DNA of 64,000 bases from Promethearchaeota archaeon (GTDB lineage: Archaea > Asgardarchaeota > Lokiarchaeia > Sigyniarchaeales > SOKP01): contig JAHPZI010000014.1 of assembly GCA_019058295.1 (NCBI GenBank), forward strand, positions 32,001-96,000, read 5' to 3'. This document shows positions 20,281 to 30,698 of this stretch, piece by piece. The notes beneath the pieces were generated by a model. It searched no databases. It saw only the letters and a list, made by a program, of their open reading frames with translations, and had not been told where the DNA came from. The position numbers and the translations under genes were made by a program. Positions within the stretch are counted from its first letter, which is position 1; every line of letters begins with the position of its first letter.

Positions 20281-21111
20281 GTGCTAAATTTCTCCATTTA
20301 TATGGAACTTTTATGGCAAATAATTATTTTGCTAATTTTTGGTTTAATTGTTGGGATGATAGGTACTATTGCAGGTATCGGTGCTGGTGTGATTATCGTC
20401 TCAATTTTAACACTTTTCTTTTTTATTCCAATAAATGAAGCAATAGACACATCTACTTTTATAATTTTAATAGCTTCCGGAGCAGGGTTTGTTACATACC
20501 TAAAGCAAGGAAGGACCGATTTGAAATTATCGTTAATATTAGCAGGATTTACAATTTTAGGGAGCTTAATTTGCACAATAATATTTTTAATAATTAAAAT
20601 AGATAATACAGCTTTAAGATTAATATTTGCAACTGTGATGGTAATTACAGGATTAAACATGATATATAAAGCAAAAAAGACACATAAAGATTCAAAAAAT
20701 CAAACTGATGAGAAGGAATTACAAGATTTTTCCTTAAAAGATTTCGATTATAAAGCCAATCTTAAAAAAAGCATCCCGTTATTTATGTTAGCAGGATTTT
20801 TAGCTAATTTAATAGGAATTGGAGGAGGCGTAGTGATGGTACCTACTCTTAATATTGTCTTAGGATATCCAATTCATAATTCAACGGCAATATCAACCTC
20901 CGTTATATTTTTTACAGCAATATTTAATACGATTGTCAAGATAATTGTTGGAAAAATAGATTATTTAATAGGGATAATGATAGGGATTGGGGCTGTTATA
21001 GGATCGATAATAGGAGCAAAAATTTCAAATAAAATGCCAAAAGTCACGCTCCAGAGTTTTGTGGCAGTTATTTTAATTAGTTTAGGGCTCTTGATGTATT
21101 TTAGTAATTAA
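20281..21111 (+). CDS. TauE/SafE (TSUP) family transporter
   Basis: Duplicated GIGAG/GIGGG motifs, A-x-x-TS motifs, about 8 TM helices. Confidence 0.88.
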   Translation: MLNFSIYMELLWQIIILLIFGLIVGMIGTIAGIGAGVIIVSILTLFFFIPINEAIDTSTFIILIASGAGFVTYLKQGRTDLKLSLILAGFTILGSLICTIIFLIIKIDNTALRLIFATVMVITGLNMIYKAKKTHKDSKNQTDEKELQDFSLKDFDYKANLKKSIPLFMLAGFLANLIGIGGGVVMVPTLNIVLGYPIHNSTAISTSVIFFTAIFNTIVKIIVGKIDYLIGIMIGIGAVIGSIIGAKISNKMPKVTLQSFVAVILISLGLLMYFSN

Positions 21112-21255
21112 AATTCTTATAATATGATTTCCTTAAGGTAAAAAAAAGCTTAAATATTTACAAGTTTAAAATTAAATAAATGTCAGCAGAAAAAAATGAA
21201 TCCAAGTTTATCAGAAGTAGGGATGTTCAATAATTTTTAGAAGGATGCGATTGTT

Positions 21256-22068
21256 ATGTCAAGCAGATTTGGTTTGTTAAGATTAGAATACACTTTTAGC
21301 GTTATAATCCCTATGTTAATGGCTATTTATCTTAATCGCTTAAATCCATTTTATCATCTTGATATCCTTATTGGTTTTATATTTTTAGCAATTACAGGAA
21401 ATACGTGGAATGATGTAATTGATATGAGGGATCCAACTGAGACTGAGACTTTAAAAAGAGTGGAGGGATATCATCCTAAAGAGATCTTTACTATAGGAGT
21501 AGTTAGCTTCACGCTAGGCATCACTTTATTATTAAGAACTTGCATTCAACATTTTCTTAATGCGATTTTCTTAATCATAATCATAGTTTCGGTCTTATTA
21601 TATTGCTTATGGTTAAAACCAATTCCTTTTTTAAATCATATTTCACTGGGTATATCCCACATGCTTTTACCGTATTTTATGATTAAAATTGATGCTGGTT
21701 TGCCATTATTAGATCTTATTACAGAATTGCCATTATTAATCACATTTTTTGCCTTTGCTCTCACGGGTCAATTTGTACATGAAGTAATAGATTCGGATTC
21801 ATTGACGAAACACTTTAGTTTAAGACAATGCCAAATAATAATAATTATTTCTTCAATAATTTCATTTATATTAGGATTATGGGCTTTTATAATTTTAAAA
21901 CAATTCTATTTCTTTCCTTTCGTTTTCCTACCAATAGGTACTATTTATACATTCAGGCGTCCAACTAAATCTACTCAAGGAGTAAAGGATATAGGAATTT
22001 TAATTGGAAATTTCCTATTAATATATTTTATATGTTTAATTACGCTTCAGATGGTCGGAGTAATTTGA
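21256..22068 (+). CDS. UbiA-family prenyltransferase-like membrane protein
   Basis: NDVIDMRD (NDxxDxxxD-like), YCLWLKP and a second acidic motif HEVIDSD in a multi-TM protein. Confidence 0.65.
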   Translation: MSSRFGLLRLEYTFSVIIPMLMAIYLNRLNPFYHLDILIGFIFLAITGNTWNDVIDMRDPTETETLKRVEGYHPKEIFTIGVVSFTLGITLLLRTCIQHFLNAIFLIIIIVSVLLYCLWLKPIPFLNHISLGISHMLLPYFMIKIDAGLPLLDLITELPLLITFFAFALTGQFVHEVIDSDSLTKHFSLRQCQIIIIISSIISFILGLWAFIILKQFYFFPFVFLPIGTIYTFRRPTKSTQGVKDIGILIGNFLLIYFICLITLQMVGVI

Positions 22069-22185
22069 GTGAAAACTCATTAAACAAGTAATTATCAAAA
22101 ATTTAGAAATATTAATTAAATTAAAAATAAATATAATATATTATAAACTCGACAAAATACTAATTCTTTGAGTTGATTAAATAAT

Positions 22186-22413
22186 ATGGTTAACATGAAA
22201 GATATCGAAAAACTTATGGAGGATTTTATGTTAGATCCAGATGTAAAGTTTGGCGAATTAAAAACATACCTTTTAAATGAATTCGAATGGAATGCAGATC
22301 CCCTGAATTCTCAATTTTATGTTAGAGGACTTCCAATATCAGATGATAGTAGTGTAAGTGAGATGCTAAAAAAGCATTTACCTAATGAAATTATTGTACT
22401 TAAGGAAGTTTAA
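22186..22413 (+). CDS. Small acidic protein, possible ubiquitin-like beta-grasp fold
   Basis: 75-aa ORF whose stop abuts the next ATG. Hydrophobic pattern resembles ubiquitin-like folds. Confidence 0.5.
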   Translation: MVNMKDIEKLMEDFMLDPDVKFGELKTYLLNEFEWNADPLNSQFYVRGLPISDDSSVSEMLKKHLPNEIIVLKEV

Positions 22414-23466
22414 ATGTATTCCATTAATCCAAAATTTTTTAAAAAATCTAAATACCAAAAGAAAATTAACGATAAAATTTCTCAATGTCTAACCTGTGAA
22501 AGAAAATGTAATATTTCATTAGGAAATTCCGGTTTTTGTCAGACTCGGATAAATAAAGATGGCGAAATTTTTACTATAGTTTTTGGTTGTATTCCTGCTT
22601 TATCTTTTAATCCTATTGAAAAAAAGCCGTTCTTTCATTTTTATCCCGGAACTATTGCTTTAACAATAGGGACTTATGGATGCAATTTTAGTTGTTTCTG
22701 GTGCCAAAATCACCACCTTTCCCATCCGAAACCTTCTGTTTTGGATAGAATAAGGAAGGAAAAACAATTTTTATCACCTGAAAAAGTCATAGATATCGCA
22801 TTAAGAAATAATTGTAAAGGGACGTCGATCTCTTTTAATGAACCTACACTATTATTCGAATATTCTCTTGAAGTTTTTAGATTAGCTAAGAAAGAGGGTT
22901 TATATAATACATATGTCTCGAATGGCTATATGACTGAAGATGTATTAAAAGATTTAGCCAAAGCTGGCCTTAATGCAATAAACATTGATATAAAAGGAAA
23001 TGCTGATATGGTTAAGAGATATTGTGGGACGGACATAGAAAGAGTATGGGAAAACGCTAAATTAGCAAAAAAATTAGGGGTACATGTCGAAATTACTACA
23101 TTAATGATTGAAGGTATAAATTCGGATGAACAGATTATTAATAAGATTGCTGAAAGAATTTTAAATGATTTAGGTGCTGATACCCCTTTTCATATTTCTC
23201 GATTCTTTCCCCATTATAAATCAAATGAACATGGAATAAATACACCTACCTCAATACATCTTCTAAAAGAAGGTTATAAAATCGCAAAAAATACAGGATT
23301 GGATTTTGTTTATCTTGGAAACCTGCCCAATACGGATTATGAGCATACAAAATGTCCTCAATGTTCCAAAATAGTAATTAAACGAGTTGTTTTTGGTATT
23401 GAAGAAATTTGGATAGATTCAGAAGGAAAATGCAAAAATTGTGGCTTTCCAATATGTAGGGTTTAA
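22414..23466 (+). CDS. amrS: AmmeMemoRadiSam system radical SAM enzyme
   Basis: N-terminal CxxCxxxC...GFC, PIEKKPFFHFYPG, GCNFSCFWCQN, HISRFFP, YLGN and C-terminal Zn ribbon. Confidence 0.9.
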   Translation: MYSINPKFFKKSKYQKKINDKISQCLTCERKCNISLGNSGFCQTRINKDGEIFTIVFGCIPALSFNPIEKKPFFHFYPGTIALTIGTYGCNFSCFWCQNHHLSHPKPSVLDRIRKEKQFLSPEKVIDIALRNNCKGTSISFNEPTLLFEYSLEVFRLAKKEGLYNTYVSNGYMTEDVLKDLAKAGLNAINIDIKGNADMVKRYCGTDIERVWENAKLAKKLGVHVEITTLMIEGINSDEQIINKIAERILNDLGADTPFHISRFFPHYKSNEHGINTPTSIHLLKEGYKIAKNTGLDFVYLGNLPNTDYEHTKCPQCSKIVIKRVVFGIEEIWIDSEGKCKNCGFPICRV

Positions 23467-23537
23467 TTATTTTTAATGAAACTTTTTTAATTCACTAAAT
23501 TTTTTTAGTATTTTGTTAATATAAATCATGTAAAGAT

Positions 23538-26150
23538 TTATCCAATTTTCTCTAATGCTTCAGTAAGAATTTTAGGAATATCCATAATTTTTAAGATATA
23601 CACAATCTCCCCTTTAGTTGTGTCTAATATCCATTTGGCATAACGTTTAGAATAAGATCTTGTATTCACACCAAGCATAAATTTAACTTTTTGATTAACA
23701 TAGGATTGGAGTTCTTTCTTGATTTCTTGTTCCTTCTCGAAAAATTGACAATCCGTTAATAAAAAACAAATCTTCATTTCAGTAGTAGTTTCCTCTAATT
23801 GTTTTGCACCCCAATTTAGAGCTGCTTGAACTCTTGTACCGCCTCTAGCATGCAAATCTAACAATTCGTCTGCTACATCCTCTAAATTCTTCTCATCACC
23901 AAATTTCTTTACTACATGTGTATTTGATTCAAAAAAGCATATTGCCACCTCATCTGCTCGTAAACTACCAATAAGAACCATGACTGCTATTGAGCACGCA
24001 GCTAATTTCATACCGCCCATAGAACCCGAGATATCTAACATAAAGCAAATTGAAACCCTTCCCTTTTCTGTCTCAGCTACCATAAGATCTTCAGACATAA
24101 TCATATCTAATGATTTTCCTTGCATAACAATATTTTCAATGGACGCATCAATATCAATTAAATCCATATCATCACCTTCTATAAAAATGCGAAGCTTATT
24201 AGTAGGTATAAGCCCTTTTTCACCACTACCACGTTGATTTGAAATCATATTAAGAGCTATTTTGATTAGAGCATCTTTCACCAGATTTCTAACAAAGCTT
24301 TTCATTTTAGAGGGAATTTGTTTCCTGCTCATGAACCATTGAATTAATAAGTTATCTCCTGGACCTGCCGTAAGTGATTCAGCTAATTTTTGTTGAGCGT
24401 GTTCTCCAAATTGTTGGGCTTTACTAAATGCTTGTCCTAGGTTATGATGTCCAAGAGCACCCATAGCTTGAAGATTTCCATTACTTAGAGCAGATTGCAT
24501 TAATTCTTGGATCTGAATCCCTGTAAGATTTCCAATATTTTTCATAATGGATGTATAGCGTTGAAAATTTCCTAATTTATTTGCAATCATAGATTTAAGA
24601 AGTTCATAATTCCCTCCTAGTATTTCTAATATTGTGGGTTCTGGAAGTCCTACCTTTATTCCTAATTTAACTACTTCATTTTTATCCAACGAAACATGTT
24701 GGCTAACTAAGGATCGTAAACAATTTTCAAATATTTCTGGTGTTGTGGCAGCCTCTAAAGATTTCATTCCTGCAATTCCGGCATTCTTTTGAAATCTCTT
24801 ACTACACGAATCAAAGACAGCTTGGGATGATAATTGCATTAACTGCATAGATAAATCTGCCATATTATAAGCCGCTTGTCCCTTTTTTGACTGTATATCA
24901 TTCAATTGATCTTGAACGCATTGATCAAGCATTTTTTGCCATTGTGTTATATCAGTTTGCGCTTGAAAAATTTCAGGTAATGTTGGTGTTGAATTATTTT
25001 TACTCCACTGATTAAATAAATCATTTGTTAGGCTTGTATTAAACATTTGATCCATTGTGCGAGTAATATTAAACGCACCACCCATATCTTTGTTTAAACT
25101 ATTTGTCATAGTTTTTTTATGATCGAATTGAGGTATATATTCTAAAACAGACGAAATTTCCATGATATCTAACAAATCTTTAGCTCTCTGGACTAGATTA
25201 TTAGCAAGATTTTTAGCGGCACTTGAATCTAATCCTGCTTCCTTTAAATAACGTGCAGTTCTGGCTGCTGTCCCTACATCTTCGTTTTTCATGATGTCCG
25301 AGAGCGTTTGTTGAAAATTAGGATCGTTCATACAATATTGAGTTGTGGATTTTATCCAAGGAACTGTTGATTGCTTTATAATATTAGATCCCCACCCTAA
25401 TTTAACAGATGAAATTATATCTTTTGGTGAGATTGTGTTTACTTCTCTCATTATTGTCTGTTGAAGATAATCTTTAAGCATTTGAAGAGAATTAAGATTT
25501 TTCCCCAAAATATCTGAATAACCGTTGCGCTGTTCTAATATATCTATTAAACTTTGATAGGGTTCTTCACCTCTAGCTGCTCTATCATAAAGATCATTAA
25601 TAAAATCCATTAAATTTGAAAAATCTTTCAATGTCTGATCTACAATATTTTCCATATCCAAATTATCTAAATCAAGTCCCGAATCAACAAATTCAGATAG
25701 TAATTCATCCATAAAATCTATCTTATCAGAATCATCTTTATCTTGCAGTATTGCTTTTGTGCTGGGAGTGCCTGCTTTTGCAGATCCTTTCGTTTTTGGT
25801 TCTACCTTTTTTGGAAAGATAATATCAAAAGCAATTTGACGCGCAACTTCTTGATCTTCAATGGGGGTTGTTATAACTGCTGCTTTAATAAAATCCTCAG
25901 GTACTAAAGTAACCTTACGATAATACATTGCAGTTAATAATTTTGGTATAGCCACTGCTTGCCGTGTACTTGGTACGTTTAGCAATTTTTTTTGAGTTTT
26001 TCGCATTTGAAAGATAAATTCTACTGTAAATGAAATAGGGGTCCATTCTAAAAGTTGATTTGTACTAAAATCACCGATATTTCCTTTGTCAATTTGTTTT
26101 CCAATCATTTCTACTATTTTATTAATTTTAATGAAATTATGAAACTCCAA
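23538..26150 (-). CDS. Large VWA-domain protein (MoxR partner) with AAA-lid-like N-terminus
   Basis: C-terminal MIDAS motif DISGS...GGT...LTD and CoxE-like DLIDIDASIEN segment. Overlaps the MoxR gene. Confidence 0.85.
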   Translation of the reverse strand: MEFHNFIKINKIVEMIGKQIDKGNIGDFSTNQLLEWTPISFTVEFIFQMRKTQKKLLNVPSTRQAVAIPKLLTAMYYRKVTLVPEDFIKAAVITTPIEDQEVARQIAFDIIFPKKVEPKTKGSAKAGTPSTKAILQDKDDSDKIDFMDELLSEFVDSGLDLDNLDMENIVDQTLKDFSNLMDFINDLYDRAARGEEPYQSLIDILEQRNGYSDILGKNLNSLQMLKDYLQQTIMREVNTISPKDIISSVKLGWGSNIIKQSTVPWIKSTTQYCMNDPNFQQTLSDIMKNEDVGTAARTARYLKEAGLDSSAAKNLANNLVQRAKDLLDIMEISSVLEYIPQFDHKKTMTNSLNKDMGGAFNITRTMDQMFNTSLTNDLFNQWSKNNSTPTLPEIFQAQTDITQWQKMLDQCVQDQLNDIQSKKGQAAYNMADLSMQLMQLSSQAVFDSCSKRFQKNAGIAGMKSLEAATTPEIFENCLRSLVSQHVSLDKNEVVKLGIKVGLPEPTILEILGGNYELLKSMIANKLGNFQRYTSIMKNIGNLTGIQIQELMQSALSNGNLQAMGALGHHNLGQAFSKAQQFGEHAQQKLAESLTAGPGDNLLIQWFMSRKQIPSKMKSFVRNLVKDALIKIALNMISNQRGSGEKGLIPTNKLRIFIEGDDMDLIDIDASIENIVMQGKSLDMIMSEDLMVAETEKGRVSICFMLDISGSMGGMKLAACSIAVMVLIGSLRADEVAICFFESNTHVVKKFGDEKNLEDVADELLDLHARGGTRVQAALNWGAKQLEETTTEMKICFLLTDCQFFEKEQEIKKELQSYVNQKVKFMLGVNTRSYSKRYAKWILDTTKGEIVYILKIMDIPKILTEALEKIG

Positions 26151-27087
26151 CTACTTTCGTTAAAACTTTTTTCAAAAAACTGTTAACATTTGCTCCAGGA
26201 CGAAGTTCAACAGAATCTGGAAGGATTAATTTCGCAGATTCAGCAATTAATTTATTATCTACGGTCTGATTCAATCTACTTGCCCGTTCTGAAACAAATC
26301 TTGCCAGACCTATACTGGTGCGCAAGCTAGGAGGTTTCTCAATCGCAGGATCTTCCCGACACTGTATCATTATTTCTAAGATTTTCTCTTGTGTTAAAGC
26401 AGAAAGTTTATATTCTGGACAATTTGCGACCATTATTTTCTGTTCTAACGAACGTGGTGGATATCCCATGTGAATCCACACTTTTACTCGATCTTTGATT
26501 GCTGAAGGAAGCTTTCTAGTTCCTTTTAATTCAGCAGGGTTCATAGCAGCGATTACATAGAATTCTTCATCGACTTTTAACCAAGTTTTAAGTTGTGGTA
26601 TGTATAATCGCTTTTCTTCCATGGCATCTAACATACTGTTAAGAACATACTCATCACCTCTATTAAGTTCATTTGCTAGAAAGACACCTCCTTTTAGAGC
26701 AGAGAGTGTAAACGGTCCAGGAATATATGATTCCGGAGAGAACCCATATTTAAACACTAGAGTAGGATCAAATGAACCTATTAGTGTGGCTGGTCGAACT
26801 AAGTCCGAAAAAGTTACCCAGTAGAATTCTCGATTCAAATCAAAGGCGAATTTACGACAAAGAGCGGTTTTACCACATCCCACGGGTCCGACTATACCCA
26901 CAAATAATCCTGCGTTATACGCATCCTTCATGGCTTCATATGCATATTTATATTGGCCTTCTAAGACCAAATTGATATCCTCTTTAATATCAACTATTTT
27001 TTTAGATTCCATCAATTCTGAAAATTCTTTGGAATTTTCATCTATTGATTGAGTTTTTTTTTGCGTTGGTAAAGGTTTTTTTGCCAT
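26137..27087 (-). CDS. MoxR-family AAA+ ATPase
   Basis: Walker A GPVGCGKT, variant Walker B FLANELNR, AAMNP, LPSAIKDR, lid motif PSLR. Confidence 0.92.
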   Translation of the reverse strand: MAKKPLPTQKKTQSIDENSKEFSELMESKKIVDIKEDINLVLEGQYKYAYEAMKDAYNAGLFVGIVGPVGCGKTALCRKFAFDLNREFYWVTFSDLVRPATLIGSFDPTLVFKYGFSPESYIPGPFTLSALKGGVFLANELNRGDEYVLNSMLDAMEEKRLYIPQLKTWLKVDEEFYVIAAMNPAELKGTRKLPSAIKDRVKVWIHMGYPPRSLEQKIMVANCPEYKLSALTQEKILEIMIQCREDPAIEKPPSLRTSIGLARFVSERASRLNQTVDNKLIAESAKLILPDSVELRPGANVNSFLKKVLTKVVGVS

Positions 27088-27135
27088 TATTTTTCATTTT
27101 TTTTTTTTAATTTTATATAAATATAATTTTTTTAT

Positions 27136-27672
27136 CTAATCTTCAAAAAATTTTTCAGTCTCCGTTGGCTGGATGACAATCGGGACTTCATATTTTAATT
27201 TCTTTATAGCATTTGTAATTTTATCATAATCGGTATCGTTAACAATACTTCTTCGAGTGAATCCTAATCTATCTGTTATAAATTTTCCTAAAAAGGTTTC
27301 TTTTAATCCTGAAATATTATATTTTCTCCCTTTTTTAAGAATTTTACATTGTTTTAACTCATCAATTCTCTTTACAAGAATTAGTTTAGCTATTGGCTGC
27401 CAAAATTCATTACTTTTCATAGTATCTAATAGAAAATCACGATGATTTATTTCCTCGTTCTTTAACATTACAGTAAGTTCCTTCAAAAAGTTCATAGAAA
27501 ATCTTCTTTTAAAATCATCAGAAGAAACATATTCTTGAATATCATTCTTCGCACTGAGAAAAACAGATTTAAGATCGTCCATCTTCCCGAGATAAATCTG
27601 TTCAAATTCATCCATAAATGATTTAACACCTTGTTCAATTCCTATAATTTGAGGAGCTTCGTTAGCACACAT
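27136..27672 (-). CDS. Hypothetical protein in Rad50-MoxR-VWA operon
   Basis: 178-aa ORF tightly packed between co-oriented genes. Confidence 0.7.
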   Translation of the reverse strand: MCANEAPQIIGIEQGVKSFMDEFEQIYLGKMDDLKSVFLSAKNDIQEYVSSDDFKRRFSMNFLKELTVMLKNEEINHRDFLLDTMKSNEFWQPIAKLILVKRIDELKQCKILKKGRKYNISGLKETFLGKFITDRLGFTRRSIVNDTDYDKITNAIKKLKYEVPIVIQPTETEKFFED

Positions 27673-27689
27673 TTAATTCCCTTTTGGAT

Positions 27690-30224
27690 TTATCTTTCAA
27701 TTTTAATTTTTTTATTACATGTTATTTTATCTACATCTTGATGGGTGATTAACATTACTTGGGTATTTTCTGATAATGTATTTATATTAGATAATAAGGT
27801 GATTCGGTTATTAGAATCCATAAACTCTGTAGGCTCATCTATTAACAAAAAGGGGGGTGTTCCAATTAAATCTCCAAGCGCAATCTTGTATGCAAGTCCC
27901 AATATGAGTTTATGTCCTCCTCCTTGGTAAACTGCAGCAGGATAAAATTCGTCTGATACCATCTCATTTGGCACGACTGAAAGACTATAGTTTTCATTAT
28001 CTATAATAACTTTTTTAAACTCATCATCAGAAGATAGTTTTTGATGCAAGTTCAATATTTGTTTTTCAAGAACTTTTGAAGCGTTTTCGCGAATAATAGT
28101 TTGAACTTCTACGAATAATTTATGAAAATTTCGATATTTTTCCGCTAATACTTCTTTTTTATTTAGTAAAATTATTTCCTTTTCAATAGCAGCAAAATTT
28201 TTATCTAAATCGATAATTTGATTTCTGATTTCATTAAGATTTTCATTAGTCTCGTTTTTTTGATTATTTAAATGTTCCAATATAGTTGATATCTCAGATA
28301 TCTTGGTAATTATTAATTCTGTTAGCTCGTCTCTAATTTTAATAATATGTTCTAAAGATAGTTCTTCTTTCTTAACTTCCATTTTTTTGGCTATTTGAGA
28401 CAAGGTTTCATTTAAGTATTTCTGATCTTTTGAAGTTTCTTTTGACGTCTTTTCAATCTTCTCTTCAATTCTTTGTTTTGTAGAGGCAAAATTTTTAAGG
28501 AGATTTTCTTCTTCTGTTTGACATGACTTTTCTGCCACTGCAATTTCACCTTTAAATCCCTTTAATTTATCGTCTAACTCTTTTAATCGACTTGTTTGAT
28601 TTTCAATCGTATGTAATTCATTTTCTAAATCTTTTTCTATTCCTCGTAACTCCTCTAATTGTTTTTTATTTTTCTCAACTGTTTTTTCTTTTGATAAAAT
28701 CGAATTTTTAATTGTCTTTAATTTTTGATCTAATTCCTCATCAGAAGAGATTTTTCCCTTCTTTTCTTCTAAGTTCTCAATTTTTTGAATTGAATTCTCA
28801 ATAGTAAGTGTTCCTGAATTTAGTTCTTTTTCCTCTTCCCTTAAGGTTTTTAACTCGTTTTTTACTTCTATCTCTCTATTCTCATTAGACTTAATCTTAT
28901 TCCTTAGATCCTGCAACTTTTCCTTTAATAATTTCATCTCACTCTCAATTTTCGAATGTTCTATAGAAGCTCCGCAATATTCGCATTTTGGTTTATCTTT
29001 TGTTTGTTCTCTTCTTTTTAAAATTCCTTCAATGTCTCCATTTTCTCTTTCTGCATCTCTAAAAAAATTTTGTAAGCTTTCGACTTCTTTTTCAAGAGTA
29101 GATATCTTTTTTGAGATTATTTCCATTTGATTGGATTGAGTCTTTAATTTCTTTAAGAGCTCTTCTTTATTTCCTACATCATCAATAATTATTTTTAGAT
29201 CTTCTGAAATATCATTTAGTTGTTTTATAATATTTTCAGTTTCTATTTTGTTATTTTCCAATTCCCGAATTTCTTTTAAACTAGTCTCTATTTCTGTATC
29301 TGCTGATATTAGTTTATTATTATTATCTGTTAATTTTTTTTTTATAGAAGTTGTTTTTTTTTTTAAACTGCTCTGCGTTCCAAAGTTTTTCTTACTCCCT
29401 TCAAACTCTTTTTTAACCATATCTTCCTTTAATTTAATATCTTCGAATTTTCTTTTTGTCTCTTCGTAGGATTCGACTGAATTAGAAATCTTTTCTGTAG
29501 ATTCCTTAAAAATCTTAAAGCTTTTTAATTCATTTTCTTTATTTTGAACCTCCTTTTGAATTTCTTTCAATTTACCTTCTTGATTTTGTAATTTTTCTTT
29601 TTGTTCTATTTTTTCTTTTTTATATTGATCCAACGTAATTCTTAAAGTATCGATGTTTTTCGCTTCTTTTTCAAATTCTAAGGCTCGCGCTCGAAAAATA
29701 TCCGCTAATGTTGTGGCTGCGGTTATTCCAAAAACAATGTCTAATTTTTTAGAACCAGCAAGAATTTCTGATATTGTTCCTTGGTGGAAATGTATTCCTG
29801 TTTCAAAAAATCTTTTTGAAATTCCCATTAATTCATTAATTTTTAAAGATAGATCTTCTTCGCGATCACCAAAGTCTGATGATATAACATAGCTTTCACT
29901 GTCGTCATATATCTTTTTTAATGTATAAGATCCTTTAGCAGAACGATGCTTTCCAGATAATTTATGAATTCGCTGTAATTTGTATCTTTCACCATTTTTG
30001 CTCTTAAAAATAAGTTCCACACCTACAGCATTAGCTTTATAGGTTGCCAACTGCGAAATCTTTTTAAAGCCAAGCACATTTCCAAAAAGGCAGTATTCAA
30101 TGCCATAAAAAACTGTAGACTTACCCGCATTGTTTCTACCATAAATAAGATTGAATTCATCATCAAATTCTAAGCGGAGATCATCATGTTTCCGGAAATT
30201 TTTTAATCGAATCCCTTCAATCAT
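27690..30224 (-). CDS. Rad50/SbcC-like SMC-family ATPase with zinc hook
   Basis: LKNFRKH, Walker A GRNNAGKST, Q-loop HQG, coiled coils with central CEYC, signature QGGGH, LLIDEPT, ITH. Confidence 0.9.
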   Translation of the reverse strand: MIEGIRLKNFRKHDDLRLEFDDEFNLIYGRNNAGKSTVFYGIEYCLFGNVLGFKKISQLATYKANAVGVELIFKSKNGERYKLQRIHKLSGKHRSAKGSYTLKKIYDDSESYVISSDFGDREEDLSLKINELMGISKRFFETGIHFHQGTISEILAGSKKLDIVFGITAATTLADIFRARALEFEKEAKNIDTLRITLDQYKKEKIEQKEKLQNQEGKLKEIQKEVQNKENELKSFKIFKESTEKISNSVESYEETKRKFEDIKLKEDMVKKEFEGSKKNFGTQSSLKKKTTSIKKKLTDNNNKLISADTEIETSLKEIRELENNKIETENIIKQLNDISEDLKIIIDDVGNKEELLKKLKTQSNQMEIISKKISTLEKEVESLQNFFRDAERENGDIEGILKRREQTKDKPKCEYCGASIEHSKIESEMKLLKEKLQDLRNKIKSNENREIEVKNELKTLREEEKELNSGTLTIENSIQKIENLEEKKGKISSDEELDQKLKTIKNSILSKEKTVEKNKKQLEELRGIEKDLENELHTIENQTSRLKELDDKLKGFKGEIAVAEKSCQTEEENLLKNFASTKQRIEEKIEKTSKETSKDQKYLNETLSQIAKKMEVKKEELSLEHIIKIRDELTELIITKISEISTILEHLNNQKNETNENLNEIRNQIIDLDKNFAAIEKEIILLNKKEVLAEKYRNFHKLFVEVQTIIRENASKVLEKQILNLHQKLSSDDEFKKVIIDNENYSLSVVPNEMVSDEFYPAAVYQGGGHKLILGLAYKIALGDLIGTPPFLLIDEPTEFMDSNNRITLLSNINTLSENTQVMLITHQDVDKITCNKKIKIER

Positions 30225-30246
30225 AAAAATACCTCAAAAAATTGAT

Positions 30247-30486
30247 TTATTCATTATCTTTTAAATCTTCCATTACTACCTCATTTTCAAAAAGTCTCGC
30301 TTCAAACATTTCTTGAATCCGTTCAATTAACTCATCTTTCGCTTTCTTTAAAAGATTAAGAGTTTTTGTTAAATTCTTCTCATCATCATATAAATAGTTG
30401 GTAAATTCGAATAAGCGTGCTAAATTATTTTTTTCTCTATCGTTTAATTCAAATTTACTAAGGATTTCCGTAATTTCAAAATTCAT
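30247..30486 (-). CDS. Small acidic helical hypothetical protein, first gene of the Rad50-like operon
   Basis: 79-aa ORF with GGGGAG upstream on the minus strand, ending 22 nt before the Rad50-like gene. Confidence 0.65.
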   Translation of the reverse strand: MNFEITEILSKFELNDREKNNLARLFEFTNYLYDDEKNLTKTLNLLKKAKDELIERIQEMFEARLFENEVVMEDLKDNE

Positions 30487-30698
30487 GCCGTTCTCCCCTA
30501 TTTACCTTAAATTTATGCTTTTATAATAATAGATTAAAGCTTATGTATGTAATTTTGACAGTTTGTCTTTAGCTTTCATATAATTTTTGAAAAAAGGGTT
30601 TAAAAACCAATATTTAATTTATAAGATTATTCTTTTTTTAATACCGAGGAGTAAAAAAATTTAGTAAAATAATAAAATCTCAAATTAAGTATGATACT

